Below, one piece after another: positions 33,411 to 42,489 of a stretch of DNA of 64,000 nucleotides. Under the pieces are notes generated by a model that was not told the origin of the DNA, did not search any database, and was given only the letters and a program-made list of their open reading frames with translations. The DNA comes from an uncultured Acidobacteriota bacterium (GTDB lineage Bacteria; Acidobacteriota; Thermoanaerobaculia; Multivoradales; UBA5704), in contig CAVYRF010000002.1 in the NCBI GenBank assembly GCA_963770895.1, positions 4,576,001 to 4,640,000 of the forward strand. The letters are read 5' to 3'. Numbering within the stretch: position 1 is the first letter of the stretch; each line of letters begins with the position of its first letter. A program made the translations under genes and the position numbers.

Positions 33411-36400
33411 CTATTTGGGCTTCTGCAGGCGCGTCGCGGGATCGCCGAACAGGTTGTAGGTGGCGAGCGTCGCGGCGCTGCCGCCGGCGGCGCTGAACGC
33501 CTTGTTCCCTTGCAGGATGGCGGTGCCGAGCGTCGAGGCCTGGGTGGTGAGCAGATAGGGCAGGAGCGCGCGGTCCAGGGTGGCGGTCTGGGCGGAGTAC
33601 GTCAGCCCTGAGGGCGCCCAGACGGCGACGGCGCCGCCCGCGGGATTGGCGAGCAGGGCGGCGGCCAGCGGCTGGAAACCGGGGATCTCGAAGCGCCCCA
33701 GGATGCAGGAGGCGGCGGCGACGACCGGCAGGCGGGCGCCGTTGGTGAGCGCCGCGGCGTCTGGGGTGGTGAGCAGGGCGTCGCTCGAGAAGCGGTCCAG
33801 GCCGGAGTGGCCGATGTAGTTGAGGACGTAGGCGCCGCTCTGCAGGTCGTCGATCAGGGTCTGGTGCGCGACGTCGGGGGTGAGCTCCGCGATGTAGATC
33901 TTGGTGGCGGCAAAGGGCGGCGGCACCAGGGCGTCCGCCAGGTTGCTCTCCCATTCGAACTCGCCGCCGGTGTCGGGAACGTCGGCGGCCAGCAGCACCT
34001 GCTGCTGCCAGGCGCCGGCGCCGGCGGATTCGTAGGCGATCAGCTTGGCGATCATGCCCGACAGCTCCTGCGGCGAGGTCGCGGGCAGCCGGCCGACGGT
34101 CATCGCGGAGCCCTGCGGGAAGGCGACGTACTGGCTGTCGGCGGCATACAGACCGTCCGGGGTGGCGATCATCAGCGGCGGCACCAGGTTGCCGCCCAGG
34201 CCCAGGTAGTTCCTGAAATCGTAGTTGCCGTCGCCGGCCAGCACGACGTCGACCGGCGGCTTGCTCCACGAGCTGGCGGCGTAGGCGAGGAAGCTCTGGA
34301 TCGCCAGCGGGCTGGGCAGGCCGTTGTTGAACTCGTCGTAGATCTGCTCGACCGTCACCACCTGCGATGCCAGGCCCTGCGCCTGGCGGAAGGCGGCCAG
34401 CGGGGCCGCGGCGCTCGCCGCCGCGGCGTCGGTGATGACCAGGTGGCTGGCGTGGTTCGAGCCGGCGCGCAGAAGCTGCGCCGGCGGCTGCCAGACCGCG
34501 ATGGCGGGCGCCGGCATGGCCGCGACGTCGAGCGCCAGGTAGGTGCGTCCGGACGCCGCCGGCGCGAAGGTGACGCGCTGGGTGCCGCCGGCGCCGTCCA
34601 CGGTGAGAGCGCCCAGCTCTTCGGGGGCCGCCGGGTCGGTGACGTCGTAGACCGCCAGGTCGGTCGAAGCGAAGCCGGAGACGGTCACCGGGACCTGGGA
34701 TACCGAGGTGACGGTGACCGGCGAGCCGTCGCCGGCCGGCAGCCGCAGGTAGGACAGGTCGAAGGACTGCGTGTAGGTGACGCTGGTCGGCACGCCGGGA
34801 TCGAGCACGCCGGTGACCTGGACGGTGTTGGCGCCTTCTTGCAGCAGCGTCGCGGGGAAGTAGAGCGTCGCGGTCTGGGCGGTCATGCCCTGCCACGAGG
34901 TCTGGCCGATCGCCGTGCCGTTGAGCTGGAACTGCAGGTGGTGCTCGCCGGGGACGCCCGAATCGCTCGCCCCCTGCAGGTGGACCGCCAGCGCGGCGGT
35001 GCCCGCACCGGCGACGCCCTGCACGGTGAGCGGGAAGCTGACGGTGCCGTAGGACGGGTCGCCGCTGATGACGGCGGCCCAATACCAGTAGTCGGACTGC
35101 GGATCGAGGTCGAGCGAGACGCCGGCAAACAGGTCCTGCTCGAAGTGCAGGTTTGCCGGGTAGGGGAGCGCCGCGTTGGTGGGCGTGGGCGGCGAGCCCT
35201 GCACGGTGTGCATCACCGCGCCGGCCTGGCCCAGGATCAGCCAGTAGACGTTCTGGGCGGTGAAGACGGTGGGCGGGCCCTGGCCCAGAAACGAGATCTC
35301 GGTGTCCTGGGCGCCGCTGTGCCAGGGGATCGCGACCCCCTGATTGGTCAGGTTGAGCGTGTGCTGGCTGATCGCCTGCGTCACCGTCGCCACCGGCACG
35401 CCCAGGGCGCCGGCGATGGCGGCGGCGGACAGACCGTAGATGCCCGGCGTCGCGACGTACAGCTTGAGCTCGCTGGCCGTGCTCTTGGTGGCCTGGACGA
35501 CGATCGGCGCCGCCGCGGCGGGGGCGCCGGCGGCGCGGCTTGCGGCGGTGGCCGCCGCCTGGGCGGTGGTGGTGGCGGCGCCGGCCGCGGCGGTGGCCGC
35601 GAGCGTTCTGGCGGCGCCGGCGGTCGCGGTGTCAGCGCCGTCGTCGGCGCCGGCCGTTGCGGTCGGCGGGTGCGCGGCGCGCGCGTAGTCGCCGGCGAGC
35701 GGCGCCGGCCGGCCGGCGGCCCAATCGGTTGCCACGGTGTAGGGGCCGTAGCGGCGCTGCTTGCCGCCGGCCTCGACCTCGACCAGCGAGTAGGAGTGGC
35801 GCTCGAAGGGCGACGCCGTGGCGTCGCGGAAGCGGTACACCGCCCCCTGCGGCGATTCGATCGCCGCCGGCAGCAGCACGTCGTTGAGGCGCAGCCAGGC
35901 GCCGGTCGCGGGGTCGAGGCGCAGCAGGTAGAAGCCGGCGGTGCCCACCTGCGAGGCGGTCTCCCATTCGACCACCAGGCCGCCGTCCAGCGGCAGCACG
36001 CGGAAGGCCGACGTCACGGCCTGCGAGACGACGCAGGTATAGCCGGGGCGGGCGCCGGTAAAGGTGATCGCGCCGGTGGTCGTGCTGCCGTTCGCACCGT
36101 CCTGCGAGCCGAACTGCGTGTCGTCGGTGGTGGGGTTGCCGGCGGCGCCGTGGGCGCCCTTGGCGACGCTGGTCGTCGCCCCGGTGACCGAGAGGAAGAT
36201 CCTGCCGCCGCCGCCGCCGCCGCCAGGTCCATGCGGATCGGTGTCGGGCCAGTTCACGTCGCCGCCGTCGCCGCCGTCGGCGTCGATGGTCAGGCCGGTC
36301 GTCGAGTCGCCGCCCGGCGGCTTGGTGGTGTTGACGTCCACCAGCACGCTGCCGCCCGCGCCGCCGCCGCCGGCGGCGTCCTGCGTCGAGCCGGTCTGCC

Positions 36401-37667
36401 CGGAGCCGTTGACGTTGGTGCAGGTCGCCGTCGCGGTGCACGGCTTGACGCCGTTGGCGGACAGCGTGCCGGTGCCGCTGACCGCATTGGTGCGGATGAC
36501 GATGATGCCGCCGCCGGGACCGCCGTGGCCGGGTCCGGCGTTGTTGCTGTCGCCGGCGCCGGCGCCGCCCCCCATCACCACGGTGGCGGGGGTTCGGGAC
36601 GCGGTGAACGCGGCGCCGCCGATGCCGCCGCTGGTGACGTCGGTGTTCCAGCACTCACCGCCCTGGCCGCCGGCGCCGCCGTTGCCGCCGCCGCCGCCGC
36701 CGCAGTTGTCCTCGTTGGTGGTGTCGCCGCTGCCGCTGTTGTCGCCGTCGGTGCCGCCGCCGCCGGCGTTGCCCGGCGCGCCGCGGCCCCAGCTGCCGTT
36801 GGGGTAGCCTTCGTTGGTCGCGCCGTTGTCGGTTTCGGTCGCGCCGTTGTAGACGTAGCGGGGAGTGCCGGCGATGCCTTCGCCCTTGGAACCGTCGAAC
36901 TGCACCGTCGAGATGCGCCGGTAGTCGGTGTTGGCGAAATTGTTGCCGTTGCTGCCGCCCACCGTCTGGCCGCCGCCGCCGCGGAACCCCAGCGAATCGA
37001 CGATGGCCGTGCCGCCGTTGAGCTTGAGCGTGCCGTCCACGTCGATCACCAGCACTCCGCCGACCGAGCCGTTCCAGCCCAGGGCGGTGAGCGCCGTCGA
37101 CGCGCTGAGCGTGGGGCTGCCGTACTGCGGCACGCGGATCACCTGGAAGGTGCGCTGGCCGTGGCCGCCGCTGGTGCCGTTGCCGTCGGCCCAGGCGCCG
37201 GTGACGTAGGAGTTGACCAGCACGCCGCCGTTGCCGCCCGCCAGGATCGGCACCGAGCCGCTGGCCACCGGACCGGTGGCGGTGACGTACTCCAGCTTGC
37301 CGGTGCTGTTGACCGCCGAAGCGCCCGCGCCGGACGTGCCGCCGGCGCCATAGGCGTCGGTGTTGTTGGAATTGATGTCGGCGTCCTGCATCTGGATCAC
37401 CAGCAGCAGGTCGCCGGCGGCGATCGCGGTGCTGGCGCCCTGGGGCGAACCGACCGAGATCGAGGTGGCGCCGGCGGCGGCGTTGGCGGTGCCGGGATAG
37501 TAGGTGTTGACGATGCCGCTGATCGTCCCCGAGCCATCCCGGCCGGGGGTACCGCACGGTTGAGCGGCGACCGCCGCCGGCAGCGCGATCGCCAGCGCGA
37601 TCGTCAGCATCGCGAAGGGGGCTCGGTCGCCGTTGGCTACGGTTCGTGTTTGCTCAATTTGATGCAT
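33411..37667 (-). CDS. Large secreted protein: Gly-rich N-terminal domain plus C25 (gingipain-like) cysteine peptidase
   Basis: Signal peptide, GGGG-rich repeats and a WETASQVGTAGF Ig/FN3-like linker; C25 motifs IYDEF, VGRLP, NYIGH (His), AASC (Cys) and YNLFGDP. Confidence 0.85.
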   Translation of the reverse strand: MHQIEQTRTVANGDRAPFAMLTIALAIALPAAVAAQPCGTPGRDGSGTISGIVNTYYPGTANAAAGATSISVGSPQGASTAIAAGDLLLVIQMQDADINSNNTDAYGAGGTSGAGASAVNSTGKLEYVTATGPVASGSVPILAGGNGGVLVNSYVTGAWADGNGTSGGHGQRTFQVIRVPQYGSPTLSASTALTALGWNGSVGGVLVIDVDGTLKLNGGTAIVDSLGFRGGGGQTVGGSNGNNFANTDYRRISTVQFDGSKGEGIAGTPRYVYNGATETDNGATNEGYPNGSWGRGAPGNAGGGGTDGDNSGSGDTTNEDNCGGGGGGNGGAGGQGGECWNTDVTSGGIGGAAFTASRTPATVVMGGGAGAGDSNNAGPGHGGPGGGIIVIRTNAVSGTGTLSANGVKPCTATATCTNVNGSGQTGSTQDAAGGGGAGGSVLVDVNTTKPPGGDSTTGLTIDADGGDGGDVNWPDTDPHGPGGGGGGGRIFLSVTGATTSVAKGAHGAAGNPTTDDTQFGSQDGANGSTTTGAITFTGARPGYTCVVSQAVTSAFRVLPLDGGLVVEWETASQVGTAGFYLLRLDPATGAWLRLNDVLLPAAIESPQGAVYRFRDATASPFERHSYSLVEVEAGGKQRRYGPYTVATDWAAGRPAPLAGDYARAAHPPTATAGADDGADTATAGAARTLAATAAAGAATTTAQAAATAASRAAGAPAAAAPIVVQATKSTASELKLYVATPGIYGLSAAAIAGALGVPVATVTQAISQHTLNLTNQGVAIPWHSGAQDTEISFLGQGPPTVFTAQNVYWLILGQAGAVMHTVQGSPPTPTNAALPYPANLHFEQDLFAGVSLDLDPQSDYWYWAAVISGDPSYGTVSFPLTVQGVAGAGTAALAVHLQGASDSGVPGEHHLQFQLNGTAIGQTSWQGMTAQTATLYFPATLLQEGANTVQVTGVLDPGVPTSVTYTQSFDLSYLRLPAGDGSPVTVTSVSQVPVTVSGFASTDLAVYDVTDPAAPEELGALTVDGAGGTQRVTFAPAASGRTYLALDVAAMPAPAIAVWQPPAQLLRAGSNHASHLVITDAAAASAAAPLAAFRQAQGLASQVVTVEQIYDEFNNGLPSPLAIQSFLAYAASSWSKPPVDVVLAGDGNYDFRNYLGLGGNLVPPLMIATPDGLYAADSQYVAFPQGSAMTVGRLPATSPQELSGMIAKLIAYESAGAGAWQQQVLLAADVPDTGGEFEWESNLADALVPPPFAATKIYIAELTPDVAHQTLIDDLQSGAYVLNYIGHSGLDRFSSDALLTTPDAAALTNGARLPVVAAASCILGRFEIPGFQPLAAALLANPAGGAVAVWAPSGLTYSAQTATLDRALLPYLLTTQASTLGTAILQGNKAFSAAGGSAATLATYNLFGDPATRLQKPK

Positions 37668-38002
37668 GTGCGGGTTCCCTCGGTTGTCAAATTACACGAA
37701 CGTCCCGGTCATTATAACCGCGCAAGCGGATTTGAGTTCCCCCTCCTGGCACGCCGCGTCGATGCCTGGCGCTGGTTTGCGCTCTGTCTATCGAGATATG
37801 CGCGATCTTTTATATCTCCGCGACGCCGGCCGCGGGCGCGGCGCAGGGCTTGTAGGACAAACCCTTATGGCAACTTGCTGGAAACCCTTCTTTTCTCGCC
37901 GCCTCCCGGCAGATAGCCTTACCGAAACCGAGAATTCGCAATTGCTCGTGCCGCCGCCCAGGGCCGGCGCGCAGGTGCAGCGCGAGAGAGAGGAGAGGCA
38001 TC

Positions 38003-38554
38003 ATGGTATCGAAAAGATCGCTTTTGGGAGCGCTGTCGTCGTTCGCCCTGGCCGGGGCCGCCGCGGCCTGGGGCCAGACCGTCGTCACCCTGCCCGATTC
38101 CAGCCAGACGACGACGCTGACCGCCGACGTCACCGAGCAGGCGCAGGTCACGGTGCCGGCGACCGTCACCTTCAATGTCGGCGACGTCTCGTCCAGCACG
38201 CCGTCCAGCGCCGCCTCGGTGTCGGCGACCAATATCGTGCTTTCGTCGGCCACCCGGCAGCTCCAGGTCTCCATCCAGGCGGCCGCGGCGTCGTTCACCC
38301 CGCCGGTCACCGGCGCCACCACCTGGGCGGCTTCCGACGTGAGCTGGAACGCCCCCACCTGGACCGGCAGCGCCAGCCCGGCCGCCGGGACGCTGTCGAG
38401 CAGCGCCTACACCACGGTCGCCACCTGCGACGCCAACGTCAGCACCTGCGCCACCACCGCCCTGGTCTTCACGCTGGCCGCCAAACCCAGCGTCAACCGG
38501 GCGGGCAACCACACCTTGGTGATCAACTGGAAATTCGCCGGGATCGGCACCTGA
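38003..38554 (+). CDS. Secreted pilin/WxL-like major subunit
   Basis: Strong SD, signal peptide, Thr/Ser/Val-rich beta protein with a Cys pair and terminal strand GNHTLVINWKF. Confidence 0.7.
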   Translation: MVSKRSLLGALSSFALAGAAAAWGQTVVTLPDSSQTTTLTADVTEQAQVTVPATVTFNVGDVSSSTPSSAASVSATNIVLSSATRQLQVSIQAAAASFTPPVTGATTWAASDVSWNAPTWTGSASPAAGTLSSSAYTTVATCDANVSTCATTALVFTLAAKPSVNRAGNHTLVINWKFAGIGT

Positions 38555-38571
38555 GACGGCCGTGGGACGCG

Positions 38572-38643
38572 AGAGCGCGGCGGCGGCCGGCACCCGGCCC
38601 CCGCCGCGCTCTCCGGCCCCCGCCGCGCTCTCCGGCCCCCGCC
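38572..38643 (+). repeat. 19-bp tandem repeat (about 2.6 copies) with an upstream inverted copy forming a hairpin
   Basis: CCGGCCCCCGCCGCGCTCT at 38594, 38613 and partially 38632; AGAGCGCGGCGGCGGCCGG at 38572-38590 is its near-perfect reverse complement. Confidence 0.75.
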
Positions 38644-38661
38644 CGCGGAGAAAGACGCGCC

Positions 38662-39492
38662 ATGAGGTTCCTGCGCTTTGCGGCGATCGCCGCCATCGCC
38701 TGCTGGCTCGCGCCCGCCGGCGCGGTGGCGATCCAGTTCACCTCGACGTTCGAAAGCATCAAGATTCAGACCCGGCCCGGCAAGACGGTGACGCGCACGT
38801 TCACCCTCCACCTGCAGCCGGGGGAATCGCGCGCGCGCTTCGCCGCCAAGATCGAAGACTGGTGGCAGAGCGAAGATGGCGCGCAATCCTTCTATCGCCC
38901 GGTCGGCAGCGTGCCGCGGTCGTGCGGCAGCTGGGTCACCATCGACCCGGTCGAATCGATGGTGGATGCGGGCGGCATCCTGGCGGTGCGGGTCACCACC
39001 AACGTGCCGGCGGCGGCCGAGCCGGGCGGCTACTGGTGCGTGCTCACCCTGGACGAGCTGCCCGATCCGCTGGCGGCGTCGCCCGATGGCGTCGGCCTGC
39101 GCGTGGTCGCCTCGGTCTCGACCGGCATCTTCGTCTATCTCAATCCGGTGGTGCGCGACGTGCGCGTCGTCGCCGTGGACGTGACCAGGGACAGGGCCCA
39201 GGTCACCCTGCGCAACGCCGGCAATGCGCCGGTCGGGATCGACGGGCGCTTCGAAGTCCTGAGCGGCGACGGCTCGCGGACGATGGCTTCGGTCCCCTTC
39301 GCGCGCACCACGGTGCTCACCGAGCCGGTGGCGCGCCGTCGCCTGGCGGTGGCGCTGCCGGACCTCTCGGCGCTGCCGGCCGGCCGGTACCTGGCGCGGG
39401 TGGTGCTCGACCTGGGCCTCGACCACGACGTCGGCGTCGAACGCGAGCTCAGGATCCCCGATGATCTGCAGCGTCCGCCGGCGGCGCACTGA
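38662..39492 (+). CDS. PapD/DUF916-like two-domain periplasmic chaperone
   Basis: Signal peptide; SCGSWVTIDP, VPAAAEPGGYW, LRNAGN and LPAGRYLARVVLD are typical of pilus chaperone-like proteins. Confidence 0.65.
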   Translation: MRFLRFAAIAAIACWLAPAGAVAIQFTSTFESIKIQTRPGKTVTRTFTLHLQPGESRARFAAKIEDWWQSEDGAQSFYRPVGSVPRSCGSWVTIDPVESMVDAGGILAVRVTTNVPAAAEPGGYWCVLTLDELPDPLAASPDGVGLRVVASVSTGIFVYLNPVVRDVRVVAVDVTRDRAQVTLRNAGNAPVGIDGRFEVLSGDGSRTMASVPFARTTVLTEPVARRRLAVALPDLSALPAGRYLARVVLDLGLDHDVGVERELRIPDDLQRPPAAH

Positions 39493-41473
39493 AGCCGCCG
39501 CGGTCGCCGCGCGTCGTGGCGCACGGAGCGCCGGCACGGTCCTGCTCGCGTTGCTCGTCGGCGGCGGGATCACGGCGGCACGGGCGGCGGCGGACGCGGC
39601 GGGGACCGCGGCGCCGGCGAGCGCGCCTGACGATGCGGCGGCGCCGGCCGGGTGGCGCGCGGTGTCCCTGGCCAAACCAGCCGACGCGGTGCCGGCGGCG
39701 CCCGGCGTGCTGGGCGGCGACAATCCGCTGCCGGACGTCCTGCCGCTCGACCACGACACGGTGCGGATCGGCGCCACGGTGGGTCACATCCTGGGCGCCG
39801 ATTGGGGGAGCGAAGTCGATGCGGCGGGCGACTGGGGCGGCCGGGCGGTGCGCGCCTACGGCGTCGCCACCACCGGACCGGCCGGCACCGAGCTGCGCAA
39901 CGGCTATGCCGGCATCGATCAGCCGGACGGCTGGGGCGCCGAGGGCGGCGACCTGGCAAGCGACATCTGGGGCATGGCCCAGGGCGTGCGCTACGTCAGC
40001 CAGCCCTGGGCCGGCGGCCGTCCGGCGTTCTCGCTCTACCTGCCGACCGGCTCTTCCGGTCTCACCCGCCAGGTGGCGGCGGCATCCGACGACGTCGCCT
40101 TCGGCCGCTACGCCACCCTGGGCGGCGAGCTGGCGAGCGACGGTTCAGGCATGCTGCGCGGCCATTACGACGGCCAGAGCTTCGGCCTGTTCGCCTTCGA
40201 CCGCCAGGCCGGCGGCATCCTGGGGCCGGCGCGCGGCGTCTCCGGCTATACGGACCTGCCGGGAGGGCTGGAGCTGCAAGGTGGCTGGGATCGCAGCGGC
40301 AGCCCGGCGTTCGCCATCTCCTCGAACGACGGGTCGCTGCGGTTCCCTCTGTGGCACCTGGGCGCCTTTACCATTTCGAGCCTGGGCATCGACACCGACG
40401 ACGTGCGCCTGCGCCTCAACCAGGCAAGCTTGGACGCCGGCGCCGGTCCGCTCCTGGCGCGCGCCACCTACCAGATCGAAAGCGGCGGCATCGTGGCGTT
40501 CGACGGCGCCCGCTCGCCGATCGGGGAGCGCCAGGCGCTCGCCACCCTGGCCTGGCTGGCGGGCGCGCGGCTGCGTCTGGAGCTGATGGCGGTGCACAAC
40601 CAACCCGCGCAGGGCGCCAGCTCCAGCTGGCAGCAGCTGGCGGCGAGTCTCCGACTGTTCTCCCACACCAGCCTGGGGCTGGTCTTCCAGACTCCCGGAG
40701 CGCCCGAGCGCGATCCGCTGCACGTCTACCTCCAGCAGAGCCTCCGCGGCGGCTGGACGCTCTTCGCCGAAGCCGGACGCATGCCCACCTTTCAAGGGCT
40801 GGGCGGGCTCGACAACCCGGTGCGCTGCAAGCTCGCGCTGCGCAAGGTCTGGGACGTGGCGACGCCGGCCGGCGGCGGCGAAGTGAGGGGGCAGGTCACC
40901 GGCGCCGCGGACGCGGCGAGCGTCGGGGAGGGCGTGCCGGTGGAGCTGGGCCGCTACCGCACCTCGACCGACGCGCAGGGCAACTTCGTGTTCCACAACG
41001 TGCCGCCCGGAAGCTATGCCGTGGGCGTGCCGGCGGCCTACGTGCCGGCGGCCTTTGCCGGCGCGCCGCCACCGCAGAAGGTGCTGGTGCTGCCGCGCGG
41101 CGCGCAGCCGGTGGCGCTGCCCCTGGTGCCGCTCGGCACCGTCAGCGGCCGCGTGCTGCTTGCCGCCGGCGGCGCCGGCGGCGAAGGAGCCGGGGGCGGG
41201 GCGCGGCCGGCCGAGCGGGGCGCCGCCGGCATCGTGGTGCGCCTGGACGAGCAGGTCACGGCGACCGACCGCGACGGCGCGTTTTCCTTCCACGACGTGC
41301 TGCCGGGCACCCACCGCCTGAGCGTGGATGCGGCGCGCCTGCCGCACGGCATCCTGGCCGCCGCCCCGGCGGCGATGGAGCTGGGTCTGCCCGCCGGCGC
41401 ATCGCTCGATTCCGTGCGCTTCCACCTGGCGCCGCGCCCCCAGCCGCTGGTCATGGACAGGATCGGCCGATGA
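39461..41473 (+). CDS. Usher-like outer-membrane beta protein with two C-terminal carboxypeptidase-regulatory/SdrD-B-like domains
   Basis: Amphipathic beta strands, then TDAQGNFVFHNVPPGSY and TDRDGAFSFHDVLPGTH. Start uncertain. Confidence 0.6.
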   Translation: MICSVRRRRTEAAAVAARRGARSAGTVLLALLVGGGITAARAAADAAGTAAPASAPDDAAAPAGWRAVSLAKPADAVPAAPGVLGGDNPLPDVLPLDHDTVRIGATVGHILGADWGSEVDAAGDWGGRAVRAYGVATTGPAGTELRNGYAGIDQPDGWGAEGGDLASDIWGMAQGVRYVSQPWAGGRPAFSLYLPTGSSGLTRQVAAASDDVAFGRYATLGGELASDGSGMLRGHYDGQSFGLFAFDRQAGGILGPARGVSGYTDLPGGLELQGGWDRSGSPAFAISSNDGSLRFPLWHLGAFTISSLGIDTDDVRLRLNQASLDAGAGPLLARATYQIESGGIVAFDGARSPIGERQALATLAWLAGARLRLELMAVHNQPAQGASSSWQQLAASLRLFSHTSLGLVFQTPGAPERDPLHVYLQQSLRGGWTLFAEAGRMPTFQGLGGLDNPVRCKLALRKVWDVATPAGGGEVRGQVTGAADAASVGEGVPVELGRYRTSTDAQGNFVFHNVPPGSYAVGVPAAYVPAAFAGAPPPQKVLVLPRGAQPVALPLVPLGTVSGRVLLAAGGAGGEGAGGGARPAERGAAGIVVRLDEQVTATDRDGAFSFHDVLPGTHRLSVDAARLPHGILAAAPAAMELGLPAGASLDSVRFHLAPRPQPLVMDRIGR

Positions 41474-42330
41474 TGGTCCGCTTCCTGGCGTGCCGCGCAG
41501 TGGCGGTAGATGCCGCAGCCTGCCTGTTCGGCGCGCGTCGCGTCTGCGCAACGCTCGCCGCGTTGGCCACGTTAGGCCTGGGCCTGGTGGCGGCAGGTGC
41601 CGCGACCGGCCGGGCCGCCGGCGCGCCGGCGGTCGCGGTCGCGGGTTCTCTGGCGGGGGCCGCGGCAAGCAAGGCGGGCACGCCGGCGGTACCTCAGGCG
41701 GCGACGCCGCCTGGCGGCACGGTGGCAACTGCCGCAACCGCGGCGGCCGCGGCGCTGACGCCGGCGGTTCCCGGTGTGGGGAGCGGCGAACAGGTCGAAG
41801 TCGACCTGCCGCAACACATCGCCTTCGAGGTGACCGACCTGGCCGGCGGCGCCGTCAGCGCCCTGTCGCCGGCACCCATCGCCTTTCGCGGCGCCCGTCT
41901 GGCCCCCGGCCGCGCGCTGCACATCAGCGTGCGCCTGGACACGCCCCTGCCGCCGGGCGCGGTGGTTTCGTTTCGCGGCCGCAACGCCCAGGGCGGCACC
42001 TGCCGCTCCGCCGGCCTGTCCGCCGCCACCTTTACCGAGATCTTCGCCGGCACCGGCAGTGCCAGCGCGGGCGGCTGCCAGCTCGCCTGGACCCTCGCCT
42101 GCGGATCGCGCGTCCACCGCGCCGGGCGCTACGCCCTGACTCTCCGCTGGCGCCTGGAATCCACCCTCTCCGACCGCGCCGCCGCCCTGGCCGCCGCCGG
42201 CGCCAGCCAGGCGCAGCCTGCTGCCCTGGCCGCGCCGTCGCCGCCAGCCCCCGCCCGCATCCCTGTCGCCGCGACGTCCAGAGACGGCGCCGCCGGCTTC
42301 ACCGTCCCCTGGCTCAAGCCGCCGTCCTGA
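41470..42330 (+). CDS. Second pilin/WxL-like subunit
   Basis: ATGA-coupled. VDLPQHIAFEVTD resembles VTVPATVTFNVGD of the 38003 protein; ends with GRYALTLRWRL. Confidence 0.6.
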   Translation: MMVRFLACRAVAVDAAACLFGARRVCATLAALATLGLGLVAAGAATGRAAGAPAVAVAGSLAGAAASKAGTPAVPQAATPPGGTVATAATAAAAALTPAVPGVGSGEQVEVDLPQHIAFEVTDLAGGAVSALSPAPIAFRGARLAPGRALHISVRLDTPLPPGAVVSFRGRNAQGGTCRSAGLSAATFTEIFAGTGSASAGGCQLAWTLACGSRVHRAGRYALTLRWRLESTLSDRAAALAAAGASQAQPAALAAPSPPAPARIPVAATSRDGAAGFTVPWLKPPS

Positions 42331-42489
42331 CCGCGCGCGAGGCGGCGAGCGCAGTCTGGCAGGGCCGCGCAAGGCCAGCGTTATAGTCACCGGCAGCGTC
42401 CGGCCTCGGTGGTGCTGCTATCCTTGCGCGACCGTGTCTGACCGCCGGCCCGTCTCCGGCGCGGTGGGAGGGGTACGCACAGCCACCTC

